Below the pieces are notes generated by a model. It ran no database searches. It was not told where the DNA came from and saw only the letters and a program-made list of their open reading frames with translations. This document shows, in pieces, positions 1-9,595 of a DNA stretch of 64,000 nucleotides. The first letter of the stretch is position 1. Each line of letters begins with the position of its first letter. Origin of the DNA: Bacteroidales bacterium (lineage in GTDB: Bacteria > Bacteroidota > Bacteroidia > Bacteroidales > UBA932); NCBI GenBank assembly GCA_017550525.1, contig JAFZOU010000011.1, positions 42,719 to 106,718 of the forward strand, in the 5' to 3' direction. Position numbers and translations under genes: made by a program.

Positions 1-156
1 GGAAAGGGAGGCATCGCCTATCCTCACCGCAGCGCCATCTGCCTTGAGACCCAGCACTATCCGGATTCTCCCAATAAGCCTGAGTGGCCTTCTGTGATTC
101 TGAGGCCCGGAGAAACCTATCACAGCCACTGCACGTACAGTTTCTCGGTTAGATGA
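1..156 (+). CDS. galM: aldose 1-epimerase (galactose mutarotase), C-terminal fragment; 5' end lies outside the window
   Basis: Frame 1 is open from base 1 to TGA at 154-156. The translation GKGGIAYPHRSAICLETQHYPDSPNKPEWPSVILRPGETYHSHCTYSFSVR resembles the conserved C-terminus of aldose 1-epimerases. It is absent from the ORF track because it has no start in the window. The stop overlaps the menA ATG (ATGA). Confidence 0.7.
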   Translation, partial: GKGGIAYPHRSAICLETQHYPDSPNKPEWPSVILRPGETYHSHCTYSFSVR

Positions 157-1061
157 AAGCGTCGGCAGCAATAAAATCAATGCGCCTGAGGACCCTTCCG
201 CTCTCTATGGCGGGGGTGCTCCTGGGCATTCTTCTGGCGGTGGCCGACTGGAAGGTAGACATCTACGTGGCCATCCTCATAGTGCTCACCACTGTGAGCC
301 TGCAGATCCTCTCCAATCTCTCCAATGAACTTGGAGACGTGCTCCGGGGAACTGACACTGCAGACCGTAAGGGTCCGGAATACGGCCTTAACGGCGGCGG
401 AATGACCATTGGGGAGATAAAGGTGCTGATAGGGGTGTTCGTGGGCCTTTGCATTGTCTTTGGAACGGCTATGACATGGCGTGCTTTTGGTACGGTTCTG
501 GACCTCACGCCAATTATGGTGCTGGTGCTGGGCGCCGCGGCAATTGCAGGGGCAATGAAGTACACCCTGGGGCACAATCCTTATGGCTACAGGGCAAAGG
601 GAGATATCTATGTTTTCCTGTTTTTTGGCCTTGTAGCGGTGCTGGGGGCATATTTTGTGTGCACCAAGGGGCTTGGCCTCCACTGGAAACTGCTCCTTCC
701 CGCCGCCGGCATAGGTTGTTTCAGCGTCGGCGTTCTCAATGTCAATAACATCCGTGACATGGAGACGGACCGCGCCACCCGCACCACTGTTGCCATAAAA
801 CTTGGTGAGCGCAAGGCAAAGATCTACCAGAGCGTTCTTATCGGCCTTGGATGGGCGTGTATGACTACATACTGCCTCCTGTGCTGGCCCTCCTGGTGGC
901 ACTGGATGTGGGCCCTCACGCTTCCTCTCTACATCCTTCATCTTAGGGGCGTCTGGACCCACTCCGGCAAGGCCCTTGACCCTATGCTTCCGCTGCTGGT
1001 GATGTCCACCTTCGCCCTGAGTCTTCTTATGGGCATTGGGTTCTGTGTATACCTCCTATAA
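153..1061 (+). CDS. menA: 1,4-dihydroxy-2-naphthoate polyprenyltransferase (UbiA family, menaquinone biosynthesis)
   Basis: 302-aa polytopic membrane protein. It has UbiA-type motifs (NELGDVLRGTD, NNIRDMETDRATRTTVAIKLGERKAKIYQ) typical of MenA. Confidence 0.85.
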   Translation: MKASAAIKSMRLRTLPLSMAGVLLGILLAVADWKVDIYVAILIVLTTVSLQILSNLSNELGDVLRGTDTADRKGPEYGLNGGGMTIGEIKVLIGVFVGLCIVFGTAMTWRAFGTVLDLTPIMVLVLGAAAIAGAMKYTLGHNPYGYRAKGDIYVFLFFGLVAVLGAYFVCTKGLGLHWKLLLPAAGIGCFSVGVLNVNNIRDMETDRATRTTVAIKLGERKAKIYQSVLIGLGWACMTTYCLLCWPSWWHWMWALTLPLYILHLRGVWTHSGKALDPMLPLLVMSTFALSLLMGIGFCVYLL

Positions 1062-1071
1062 AAGCGGTCTC

Positions 1072-1150
1072 GCGCACGTTTTAGGGCCTTTTTTGTGCTT
1101 CAACTCGTCATTTTGCCCAGTTGGCGCACGTTTTAGGGGGTAAAACGTGC
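1072..1150 (+). repeat. direct 15-nt duplication plus a perfect 10-bp hairpin in the menA/Sel1 spacer
   Basis: GCGCACGTTTTAGGG occurs at 1072-1086 and 1124-1138. The second copy extends into GCACGTTTTA-GGGGG-TAAAACGTGC (1126-1150), followed by a T-run at 1160-1166 and a TAtcTTTG -7 box at 1170-1177. Confidence 0.6.
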
Positions 1151-1193
1151 TTGAAGGGATTTTTTTCCGTATCTTTGGGAAAATCTTGCGCTT

Positions 1194-2786
1194 ATGGACT
1201 TACTTGACGCCCTGAAAAAAAAGAGCAGCGGCCCGGAAAAAGCCAGCCCGGGAAAAGCGGAGCAATTGTTTGAACAGTACCTTCAGGCCCGTGAGGAGGG
1301 ATACCCGGATTTCCTTGAATATGTCAAAGATAGTATGGAGCTTGGGTATGTCCCCGCAATAGGAGAGTACGGCAATATCCTTATGCTGGGAGTGGTGGAC
1401 GATGACGGCAACGCCATCCTGGAAGAGGACCATGAAACCGGATTTGAATATGAGCTCAAGGCCGCAGATGAGGGCTACCTGCCGTCCATGGTACGCGTAG
1501 GACTCCATTATTTCCAGGGCTGCGGAACAGAGGCCGATATTGACGAGGCCACCCGCTACTGGGAGATGGCGGCCGAACAGGGCGCCCCGGAAGCCAAGCT
1601 CAAGCTGGCCGAGCTGTACATCATGGGAATAGGCGAAGACCAGGATTACGACGAAGGCCTCCGCCTTCTGGACGAGGCTATAAAGGAACTTCCGGAAACG
1701 CCAGACGAGGAACATTATCTCAACGACCCGGAATGGAACCTTGGAGAAGCCAGGTTCTGGAAGGGAATGCTATATTACTATGGCCTGGGGCAGGCGCTGA
1801 ACCGCTACAGTGCAATGGTGCTTTTCAAGCAGGCCCAGAAGGGATTTCCCGTGGCCGATAATGTTGTTAATGACGGAGAAGACCCCCATGAAGCCCTGGA
1901 AGGCTACGACTACCCCTACGACCAGCAGTCTTGGTGGGACATTTACGGCGCCCCGGATGAGGAGGAAGAGGAATTCCCCTATGCCGAGGAAGAGGAAAAG
2001 TATGAGGAATGGAGTGAAGAAGAGATAGAACTTGCCCACGCTGCCCTGATGGGAGACATCCCCTCACTTGTAGAGATTGGCAATAAGATTCTGGAGTGGG
2101 ACGGATACATGCCCCTTCTGGACATCGCCATCATTGATGACCCGGAATATGACCGGCTCTACGAGGAAGGCTATGAGCACTGGCGCAATGAGGAATATAT
2201 GGAAGCTGCCGATTCATTCTTTACGCCCGCATGCAACGGCAACACGGACGCCATGAACATGATAGGCAGGTGTTGGTACGAGCAATGGAACAGCGAAAAC
2301 GGAGAAATTGATGAATGCTTGCCAAAAGCCTTTGAATGGTTCCTCAAGGGTGCCTGCAACCTGGATGAAAACGCAATGTATCATCTGGGAGAGGCCTATT
2401 ACCTGGGCCAGGTTCCCAATGAGGACGGAGAACTTGACTTCGAGTCAAACTATGAAGCCGCCGCATACTGGTTCAGGCAGGCCGCATACCAATGGGAACA
2501 CGTTAATCGCAAAAGATGCCACGCCGACGCCGCCAATTATCTTGGCACCATGTATGCCGATGGCCTGATAGACGGCCGCAAAGATCCCGAAAAGGCCGTA
2601 GAGTGCTACAAACGCGCCACGGAGCTGAGTGACAGGACGCTGGCTTGGTACAATCTTGGAATGGCATATGCGTTTGGAAACGGCGTTCCAAAGAACCGGG
2701 ACAAGGCCATCGAGTGCCTCAGGCATGCGGCCAAGTTTGACGACAAAGCAAAGGAAGTGTTAAAACAATTAGGTATCAGGTACTGA
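1194..2786 (+). CDS. Sel1-like (TPR-family) repeat protein with an acidic central region
   Basis: 530 aa with repeated Sel1-type units ([22 protein letters not shown]; [28 protein letters not shown]). It contains a Glu-rich stretch and no obvious signal peptide. Confidence 0.7.
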   Translation: MDLLDALKKKSSGPEKASPGKAEQLFEQYLQAREEGYPDFLEYVKDSMELGYVPAIGEYGNILMLGVVDDDGNAILEEDHETGFEYELKAADEGYLPSMVRVGLHYFQGCGTEADIDEATRYWEMAAEQGAPEAKLKLAELYIMGIGEDQDYDEGLRLLDEAIKELPETPDEEHYLNDPEWNLGEARFWKGMLYYYGLGQALNRYSAMVLFKQAQKGFPVADNVVNDGEDPHEALEGYDYPYDQQSWWDIYGAPDEEEEEFPYAEEEEKYEEWSEEEIELAHAALMGDIPSLVEIGNKILEWDGYMPLLDIAIIDDPEYDRLYEEGYEHWRNEEYMEAADSFFTPACNGNTDAMNMIGRCWYEQWNSENGEIDECLPKAFEWFLKGACNLDENAMYHLGEAYYLGQVPNEDGELDFESNYEAAAYWFRQAAYQWEHVNRKRCHADAANYLGTMYADGLIDGRKDPEKAVECYKRATELSDRTLAWYNLGMAYAFGNGVPKNRDKAIECLRHAAKFDDKAKEVLKQLGIRY

Positions 2787-3445
2787 TGATTATCACAGCT
2801 CAAAACATAGCCAAATCGTTCGGGCAGCTGCAGGTCCTCAAAGGCGTGGACTTCCAGGCCGACGAGGCCGAGGTAGTGGCCATAATGGGAGCCTCAGGAG
2901 CAGGCAAATCAACCCTACTGCAGATACTGGGAACGCTGTCTACCCCGGACGGCGGCAGCATCACTATAGACGGCACGGATGTACTCAAGCTGAATTCCAA
3001 AGCTTTGGCCGATTTCCGCAACCGCCGCATAGGCTTTGTATTCCAGGCCCATCACCTGCTGCCGGAATTCACGGCCCTGGAGAACGTGATGATACCCGCC
3101 CTGATTGGCGGAAAAAGCAGCCGAGAAGCCCGTGAAAGGGCCACAGAGCTGCTTAAAACCGTAGGTCTTGAAGGCCGATTGGACCACAAGCCGTCTGAAC
3201 TATCTGGCGGAGAACTCTCCCGCGTAGCCATTGCCCGCGCCCTGGAAAACTCCCCCGCCATCCTTTTTGCCGACGAGCCCACAGGAAACCTTGATTCCCG
3301 CACAAAGGAGGAAATTCACTCCCTATTCTTTGACCTCCGCAAACAATTAGGCCAAACCATTGTCATAGTTACCCACGACCCTGGCCTGGCCTCACTGTGT
3401 GACCGTACCTGCTATATGCAGGACGGTTTGATTATTTCCGCTTAA
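2786..3445 (+). CDS. ABC transporter ATP-binding protein (LolD/MacB-type ATPase)
   Basis: Walker [13 protein letters not shown] signature [15 protein letters not shown] and Walker [13 protein letters not shown] are present. The start overlaps the upstream stop (TGATG). Confidence 0.85.
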   Translation: MIITAQNIAKSFGQLQVLKGVDFQADEAEVVAIMGASGAGKSTLLQILGTLSTPDGGSITIDGTDVLKLNSKALADFRNRRIGFVFQAHHLLPEFTALENVMIPALIGGKSSREARERATELLKTVGLEGRLDHKPSELSGGELSRVAIARALENSPAILFADEPTGNLDSRTKEEIHSLFFDLRKQLGQTIVIVTHDPGLASLCDRTCYMQDGLIISA

Positions 3446-4385
3446 GCACCTTCTTGGCAGCTTCTGCAATATGTGCGGCGTCAATGCCGTACGCTTCCAT
3501 CAGCGCAGCCGGAGTTCCGGACTGACCGAACTTGTCGGCACCGTTCACAAACTCCATAGGAGTGGGCCTGTTCAAAGCAAGCACGCCGGAGATGGCCTCA
3601 CCAAGGCCGCCGGCCATGTTGTGCTCCTCTGCCACTACCACTGCGCCGGTCTTTGCGGCGGAGGCAATCACTGCCTTCTCGTCCAGAGGCTTGATGGTGG
3701 CTATGTCAATGACATCGGCCTTAATTCCCTCTGCCTCAAGCGCTTCCGCGGCCAGCAGGGCCTCCCATACGGTATGGCCTGTGGCAAAGATGGAAACGTC
3801 TGAACCTTCGTTCAGGACGATTGCCTTGCCGATTACAAAAGGCTCATCCTCCGGCGTGAAGTTGGGCACGGAAGGACGGCCAAAGCGGAGGTAAACCGGG
3901 CCGTCGTACTTGGCTGCAGCGATGGTTGCCTGCACCGTCTGGTTGAAGTCGCAAGGGTTGAGGACCACCATTCCGGGAAGGGCCCTCATGAGGGCGATGT
4001 CCTCCATTGTCTGGTGGGTGGCGCCGTCTTCTCCAAGGGTGATGCCCGCGTGTGAAGAGGCAATCTTTACGTTTGTGCAGCCGTAGGCCACTTCCTGACG
4101 GATCTGGTCATATACTCGGCCTGTAACAAACTCTGCGAATGAGCCGATGAAAGGAACTTTTCCGGTGATTGCAAGGCCGGCGGCTACGCCAACCATATTG
4201 GCCTCGGCAATGCCGCACTGGATGAACCTCTCCGGGAATTCCGCCGCAAAGGCGTCCATCTTGAGGGAGCCCTTGAGGTCTGCGGTGAGAGCCACAACGT
4301 TTGAATCGGCCTGACCGGCCTTCAGAAGACCCACGCCAAAACCGCTGCGGGTGTCTTTCTTTCCTGTGTCTGTGTATTTTTTCAT
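3432..4385 (-). CDS. transketolase, C-terminal (pyrimidine-binding) subunit of a split transketolase
   Basis: Motifs [19 protein letters not shown] and [17 protein letters not shown] are present. I chose the ATG at 4385 ([10 protein letters not shown]), which lies 1 nt after the upstream subunit's TAG, rather than the track start at 4412. Confidence 0.9.
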   Translation of the reverse strand: MKKYTDTGKKDTRSGFGVGLLKAGQADSNVVALTADLKGSLKMDAFAAEFPERFIQCGIAEANMVGVAAGLAITGKVPFIGSFAEFVTGRVYDQIRQEVAYGCTNVKIASSHAGITLGEDGATHQTMEDIALMRALPGMVVLNPCDFNQTVQATIAAAKYDGPVYLRFGRPSVPNFTPEDEPFVIGKAIVLNEGSDVSIFATGHTVWEALLAAEALEAEGIKADVIDIATIKPLDEKAVIASAAKTGAVVVAEEHNMAGGLGEAISGVLALNRPTPMEFVNGADKFGQSGTPAALMEAYGIDAAHIAEAAKKVLKRK

Positions 4386-4386
4386 A

Positions 4387-5238
4387 CTAAAAGTCTCCAA
4401 GAGGGGTTTCACCTAACTGTTTGAGGGCATCTTCCAGCTGTTCCGGCTTGGGAACTGAGCCATGCCACTTGTGGGTGCCGGCCATAAAGTCTACGCCGTG
4501 GCCCATCTCGCTCTTCCACAGGATCATTGTGGGAACGCCGCTGCCCTTGCCGGCCTTTGCAAGTTCATAGGCCTGCAGGATTGCGTCAAAGTCATGTCCA
4601 TCGGCCACAATCACTCTCCATCCCCAGGACTCCCACTTTGAGGCAAGGTCTCCGATGCCGGATACCTCTTCCGTGGGTCCGTCAATCTGCTTTCCGTTCC
4701 AGTCGGTCATGGCAATGAGGTTGTCCAGCTTGTGGAAAACCGCAAACATGCCAGCTTCCCAGATCTGGCCCTCCTCTGATTCGCCGTCTCCGCAGAGGCA
4801 GAAGACAAAATTGTCATCCTTGTCCAGTTTTTTGCCAAGTGCAAGGCCGGCTGCAGCGCTGAGGCCCTGGCCCAGGGAACCGGATGCCTGGAACACGCCG
4901 GGAAGGTTCTTGCGCACTGAGGGGTGGCCCTGAAGGCGGGTTCCCATCTGGCGGAAAGTGGCAAGTTCACTCACCGGGAAATAGCCCGAGCGTGACAGGA
5001 CGGAATAGTAAACCGGAGTCATGTGACCGGCGCTGAGGATGAACATGTCCTGGCCTTTTCCGTCACGGGTCCACTTTGCCGGATCATGCTTCATCTCATT
5101 GAAATACAGGGCCGTAAGGATGTCTGTGGATGACATCGATCCGCCCGGATGACCGGATTTTGCAAGGCACACCATACGCAGGATATCCCTGCGCACCTGC
5201 GTTGCAATGGTTTTAAGATCTTCTTTAGTTTTAGCCAT
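4387..5238 (-). CDS. transketolase, N-terminal (TPP-binding) subunit of a split transketolase
   Basis: 283 aa. Motifs SGHPGGSMSSTDILTALYF and CLCGDGESEEGQIWEA match the TPP-binding region. Confidence 0.9.
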   Translation of the reverse strand: MAKTKEDLKTIATQVRRDILRMVCLAKSGHPGGSMSSTDILTALYFNEMKHDPAKWTRDGKGQDMFILSAGHMTPVYYSVLSRSGYFPVSELATFRQMGTRLQGHPSVRKNLPGVFQASGSLGQGLSAAAGLALGKKLDKDDNFVFCLCGDGESEEGQIWEAGMFAVFHKLDNLIAMTDWNGKQIDGPTEEVSGIGDLASKWESWGWRVIVADGHDFDAILQAYELAKAGKGSGVPTMILWKSEMGHGVDFMAGTHKWHGSVPKPEQLEDALKQLGETPLGDF

Positions 5239-5248
5239 ATATCTATGA

Positions 5249-6676
5249 TTATTTGTGTTCTCTCCAGAATTTGGTCATTTCCTCAAGGGTCTTGCCCTTT
5301 GTTTCAGGGACAAGGCGCCATACAAAGACGGCCGCTATGAGACAGATTACACCGTAAAGCGCATAGGCAAAGAAGGGGCTGCGGGTGTACATGGGCACAA
5401 AAGTACTGGACACGATAAAGTTGAACACCCACTGGAAGGCCACTGCGGCTGCGGTTGCACGGCTGCGGATGGTGTTGGGGAAGAGTTCTGCTATGTAAAC
5501 CCAGCAGATGGGGCCCCAGCTGAACATGAAGCAGGCGCTGTAGAGCATGATGCTCACAACTGGCACAAGGGCCGGCATTGTGTAAACATTGCTGAGAGCC
5601 ACTCCAAAAGCGCCCACTGCCATACCCAGGGAACCCGTGATAAGGAGGGGCTTACGGCCCAGTTTCTCAACGGTAAACACCGCCACAAGGGTGAAGGTGA
5701 TGTTGATTACACCCATAAGGACCGTCTGGAACATAGGGTCACCCATTCCCATGGACTCAAAGATACGCGGCGCAAAATACAGCACTGCATTTATGCCGAT
5801 AATCTGCTGGAACACGGACAGCATACATCCGATGAACACAACCAGGAAACCAAAAGCAAAGAGTTTGTCGTGTTTGCGCTTGGCCTCTGCGTTCACGGTG
5901 GACTTGATATTTGCAAGGATTTCCCTGGCGCGGGCTTCACCGTTAATGTTGGAAAGCACGGTTAGAGCCTTCTCCTCATGGCCGTGGATAGCAAGGTAAC
6001 GCGGCGTTTCCGGAACCAGCAGGATAAGGAGTGCAAACAGCCCGGCGGGAACGGCCTCTGATACAAACATCACCCTCCAGCCAATGGCATTGGTCCAGGC
6101 AACAACGTTAGGGTCAGACGCGTGGGAACGCACAATGAGGAAGTTCACAAAGTACACAACCAGCTGACCAAAAATGATGGCAAACTGGTTCCATGACACA
6201 AGCCTTCCCCTCTTTGAAGCCGGCGCAACCTCTGCGATATACATAGGGCACAGGGCCGATGCCAGTCCCACGCCTATTCCTCCCAGTATGCGGTAGCCGT
6301 TGAATGCCGCCAGAAGGCCCTTGCAGGCAACTCCCTTCTCAAAGAAGAGGAATTCCGGATTGTAGGAGCCCAGGGCGCTCAGGAGGAAAAGGATACCCGC
6401 CACAAAGAGGGTCTTCTTCCTGCCAAGGTAAAGGGCTAATCGGCCCGAAATAATTGCACCGATAATACAGCCGATGAGGGCGCTGGATGTTGTGAATCCG
6501 TGGAGGGCGTCCGTGTAGTCAAAATCCGCCGCACCGCGGAAAAACGCCTGCAGACCCTTCTCTGCGCCTGAAATGACTGCGGTGTCATATCCAAAGAGGA
6601 GACCGCCGATGACGGCCACCAGCACGATGGCAATGAGGTAGGCGTAACTCCCCTTTTGCCTGTAACTATTTTGCAT
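5249..6676 (-). CDS. xylE: MFS sugar porter, D-xylose:proton symporter-like
   Basis: 12-TM sugar-porter signatures are present (GRKKTL, PETPRYL, PESKGKTLEE-like C-terminus). It lies directly downstream of xylA. I chose the start ATG at 6676 (MQNSYRQKG). The track's longer start at 6811 would run about 145 nt into xylA. Confidence 0.85.
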   Translation of the reverse strand: MQNSYRQKGSYAYLIAIVLVAVIGGLLFGYDTAVISGAEKGLQAFFRGAADFDYTDALHGFTTSSALIGCIIGAIISGRLALYLGRKKTLFVAGILFLLSALGSYNPEFLFFEKGVACKGLLAAFNGYRILGGIGVGLASALCPMYIAEVAPASKRGRLVSWNQFAIIFGQLVVYFVNFLIVRSHASDPNVVAWTNAIGWRVMFVSEAVPAGLFALLILLVPETPRYLAIHGHEEKALTVLSNINGEARAREILANIKSTVNAEAKRKHDKLFAFGFLVVFIGCMLSVFQQIIGINAVLYFAPRIFESMGMGDPMFQTVLMGVINITFTLVAVFTVEKLGRKPLLITGSLGMAVGAFGVALSNVYTMPALVPVVSIMLYSACFMFSWGPICWVYIAELFPNTIRSRATAAAVAFQWVFNFIVSSTFVPMYTRSPFFAYALYGVICLIAAVFVWRLVPETKGKTLEEMTKFWREHK

Positions 6677-7982
6677 AGAGTGAGAGGAGGGTTTCGTAAA
6701 GTTCCTGTTTTCCGGAAGCAGCAACGGGCTCACCGGCTTTCTTTGCATAGTCATAAAGCTCCTCAAGGGAAGCCTTCCCTTCCTCGAACTTCTTTCCAAG
6801 GCCGCTGTCAAAGCTTGCGTAGCGCTCCTTCACCATTGCAGGGATGGGGCTCTTTTCAAGCACTGCGGCAGCATTGAGGAGGGCGTGGGCGATGGTGTCC
6901 ATGGCGCTCACGTGGGCGATGAAGATATCCTCGGGGTCAGTTGAGCTTCTGCGGAGCTTGGCGTCAAAATTGAAACCGCCGTTATGCAGGCCGCCGTTAC
7001 GGATAATCTGCATCATGGCCTGGGTGAGTTCAAGGTCGTCGATGGGGAACTGGTCAGTGTCCCAGCCGTTCTGGGCGTCTCCGCGGTTGGCGTCAACGCT
7101 GCCAAGGAAGCCGTTGTCCACGGCTACGGTGAGTTCATGCTCGAAGGTGTGGCCGGCAAGGGTTGCGTGGTTCACCTCTATATTCACCTTGAAGTCCTTT
7201 TCAAGGCCGTTGGCGCGAAGGAAGCCGATAACGGTCTCCGTATCTACGTCGTACTGGTGCTTGGTGGGCTCCATGGGCTTGGGTTCAATGAGGAAAGTGC
7301 CCTTGAAGCCGTTCTTACGGGCATAGTCGCGGGCCGCGGTGAGCATCTTTGCAAGGTGGTCCTTCTCCCTCTGCATCTGGGTGTTGAGAAGGGTGTAATA
7401 ACCCTCACGGCCACCCCAGAACACGTAGTTGGAGCCTCCAAGTTTGATTGTGGCGTCAAGGGCGTTCTTAATCTGGACGGCCGCGCGGGCAACAATATCA
7501 AACTGAGGGTTGGTGGCGGCGCCGTTCATATAGCGCTTGTGACCAAAGACATTTGCGGTGCCCCAGAGATTCTTGATGCCGGTTTCCTTCATCTTCTCAA
7601 GGAGATAGTCCGTGATGTCCTTCATGCGGGCCTCATACTCCGCTATATCGTCGCAGTCCTCCACAAGGTCAATGTCATGGAAGCAGAAATACTCTATTCC
7701 AAGCTTCTGCATAAGCTCAAAGCCGGCATCGGCCTTTGCCTTGGCGCGGCAGTAGGGGCATTCTCCCTTGTCCCATTCATAAGAGCGGGTCTGGCCGCCA
7801 AAAGGGTCTCCGGATGCCTGGCCCAGGGTGTGCCACCAGGCCATTGCAAATTTGAGCCACTCTTTCATGGGTTTACCCATCACCATGCGCTCAGGCTCAT
7901 AATAATGGAAAGCAAGGGGATTGACGCTCTCCGGTCCTTCAAACTGGATTTTTCCTATTCCGGGAAAAAATTCTTTTGCCAT
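6666..7982 (-). CDS. xylA: xylose isomerase (class II)
   Basis: 438 aa. The N-terminus MAKEFFPGIGKIQFEG..NPLAFHYY, FAMAWWHT, FCFHD and the NHATLAGHTFEHE catalytic region are all characteristic. Confidence 0.95.
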   Translation of the reverse strand: MAKEFFPGIGKIQFEGPESVNPLAFHYYEPERMVMGKPMKEWLKFAMAWWHTLGQASGDPFGGQTRSYEWDKGECPYCRAKAKADAGFELMQKLGIEYFCFHDIDLVEDCDDIAEYEARMKDITDYLLEKMKETGIKNLWGTANVFGHKRYMNGAATNPQFDIVARAAVQIKNALDATIKLGGSNYVFWGGREGYYTLLNTQMQREKDHLAKMLTAARDYARKNGFKGTFLIEPKPMEPTKHQYDVDTETVIGFLRANGLEKDFKVNIEVNHATLAGHTFEHELTVAVDNGFLGSVDANRGDAQNGWDTDQFPIDDLELTQAMMQIIRNGGLHNGGFNFDAKLRRSSTDPEDIFIAHVSAMDTIAHALLNAAAVLEKSPIPAMVKERYASFDSGLGKKFEEGKASLEELYDYAKKAGEPVAASGKQELYETLLSLYAK

Positions 7983-7986
7983 TTTG

Positions 7987-9468
7987 TTATAGTGTTAAAT
8001 GTGATTTCCAACGCTGATATGCCACCCTGTAGAGGTCTTCATTACTGGGAGTTATCACTTCCAACCTCTCAAGGGTGGAGAATGCCTCACGGCTATCCTT
8101 ATATATGCCGGCGCCTATTCCTGCGCCCTTTGCGGCTCCAACGGATCCGTCCGTATTGTAAAGTTCAATGGTTGCTCCGGAAACGCCCGCAAGGGTGTCC
8201 CTGAAGATGGCGCTCTGGAACATATTGGCAAGACCGGCGTGAATCTTGTCCACCTTGAGGCCCATCTCCTGCATTATCTCAATTCCGTATTGGAAGGAGA
8301 ACACAATTCCTTCCTGGGCGGCCCTCAGGAGATGCTCCCTGCCGTGACGGTTGAAATTCACTCCGTGCACGCTGCAGCCGGTTTCCTTATTGCAGAGCAT
8401 CCTTTCCGCTCCGTTCCCGAAAGGAAGGATGGATACGCCTTCACTGCCGATAGGCGCCTTGGATGCCAGTTCATTCATCTGGACATATGAAAGGCCCTCC
8501 GGGGCAACGTTACGGCGCATCCAGGAGTTAAGGATGCCGGTACCATTGATGCAGAGAAGGACGCCAAGGCGGGGATCCTCAAAGCTATGGTTAACGTGCG
8601 CAAAGGTATTCACGCGTGACTGAGGGTCATAGTTAACCTCCCCTATTACACCGTAAACAACTCCTGAAGTGCCTGCCGTGGAGGCAATCTCCCCGGGATT
8701 GAAGACATTGAGGCTTAGGGCGTTGTTTGGCTGGTCTCCGGCACGGTAAGTGACGGGGATGCCTTCTTTGAGCCCAAGAGCCTTCGCTGCCTCTGCGGTA
8801 AGGTATCCCTGAATGCCGAACGTAGGTCTTCTCTGGGGAAGAATGGTCTCATCAAAGCCAAAATATTCCAGAAGTTCCTTTGAGGGAGCGTTTTCCCTGA
8901 AATCCCAGAAGATTCCTTCAGAAAGGCCGCTCACAGTGGTGCACACGCTTCCTGTAAGACGCATTGCGATGTAGTCTCCGGGAAGCATAATCTTCCATAT
9001 CCGTTCATACAGGGAGGGCTCGTTCTCCTTCACCCAGGCCAGCTTTGCAGCCGTGAAATTACCGGGAGAATTAAGAAGGTGCTCCAGGCAGAAATCCTGT
9101 CCCAGGGCCTCTGCGGCCGCATTTCCGTATGGAACAGCGCGGGAGTCGCACCATATTATGGATGGCCTCAGGACATTCATATCCTTGTCCACACACACAA
9201 GCCCGTGCATCTGATAGGATATGCCGATGGCCTTGACGTCACGGGCGCTTTCCCCTGCCTCTTGAAGCTGATGGAGGACATCGGCCGTAGCAAGGCGCAG
9301 GTTTCCCACCCACATTGCGGGATCCTGCTCTGCCCATCCGGGCTGTTTTGAAATAATGGGGGCTTCCTTTTCAGGATAGAATGCTGTGGCTATGCACTTA
9401 CCGGTAAGGGCGTCTACCACCGACGCCTTAACGGAAGAGCTGCCGATATCATAACCAAGCAGAAACAT
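7987..9468 (-). CDS. xylB: xylulokinase (FGGY carbohydrate kinase)
   Basis: 493 aa. It has the FGGY N-terminus LLGYDIGSSSVKASV and lies upstream of xylA in the same operon. Confidence 0.9.
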   Translation of the reverse strand: MFLLGYDIGSSSVKASVVDALTGKCIATAFYPEKEAPIISKQPGWAEQDPAMWVGNLRLATADVLHQLQEAGESARDVKAIGISYQMHGLVCVDKDMNVLRPSIIWCDSRAVPYGNAAAEALGQDFCLEHLLNSPGNFTAAKLAWVKENEPSLYERIWKIMLPGDYIAMRLTGSVCTTVSGLSEGIFWDFRENAPSKELLEYFGFDETILPQRRPTFGIQGYLTAEAAKALGLKEGIPVTYRAGDQPNNALSLNVFNPGEIASTAGTSGVVYGVIGEVNYDPQSRVNTFAHVNHSFEDPRLGVLLCINGTGILNSWMRRNVAPEGLSYVQMNELASKAPIGSEGVSILPFGNGAERMLCNKETGCSVHGVNFNRHGREHLLRAAQEGIVFSFQYGIEIMQEMGLKVDKIHAGLANMFQSAIFRDTLAGVSGATIELYNTDGSVGAAKGAGIGAGIYKDSREAFSTLERLEVITPSNEDLYRVAYQRWKSHLTL

Positions 9469-9471
9469 ATG

Positions 9472-9545
9472 TCGGGGTGATGTGACTCGAACACACGACC
9501 CTCTGGTCCCAAACCAGATGCGCTAGCCAACTGCGCCACACCCCG
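9472..9545 (-). tRNA. tRNA-Pro (anticodon UGG)
   Basis: The reverse complement reads CGGGGTG-TG-GCGC-AGTTGGCTA-GCGC-A-TCTGG-TTTGGGA-CCAGA-GGGTC-GTGTG-TTCGAGT-CACAT-CACCCCG-A. This is a full 74-nt cloverleaf with anticodon TGG. CCA is not encoded. Confidence 0.95.
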
Positions 9546-9555
9546 ATTAAGTATA

Positions 9556-9587
9556 CAAAGATACTCTTTTTTACCCGTTTCTCCAAA
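9556..9587 (-). promoter_or_regulatory. Bacteroidota-type promoter (-33 TTTG / -7 TAtcTTTG) upstream of tRNA-Pro
   Basis: On the minus strand, TTTG lies at 9587-9584 and TATCTTTG at 9563-9556, 20 nt apart. The -7 box ends 10 nt before the tRNA 5' end. Confidence 0.55.
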
Positions 9588-9595
9588 TGGAGCCA

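Noticed and set aside
177-962. 261-aa minus-strand ORF antisense to menA
   Set aside because: It is a shadow ORF inside a confidently recognised UbiA-family gene. Its Pro/Gly/His-rich translation is typical of the antisense frame of GC-rich coding DNA.
5249-6811. Track start (6811) for the sugar transporter, giving a 45-aa N-terminal extension
   Set aside because: The extension would overlap about 145 nt of xylA and has no transporter-like sequence. The ATG at 6676 gives the normal short cytoplasmic N-terminus and only an 11-nt overlap with the xylA stop.
6984-8204. 406-aa plus-strand ORF spanning xylA and xylB in antisense
   Set aside because: xylA and xylB are unmistakable on the minus strand. 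This ORF crosses their intergenic junction and has no recognisable motifs.
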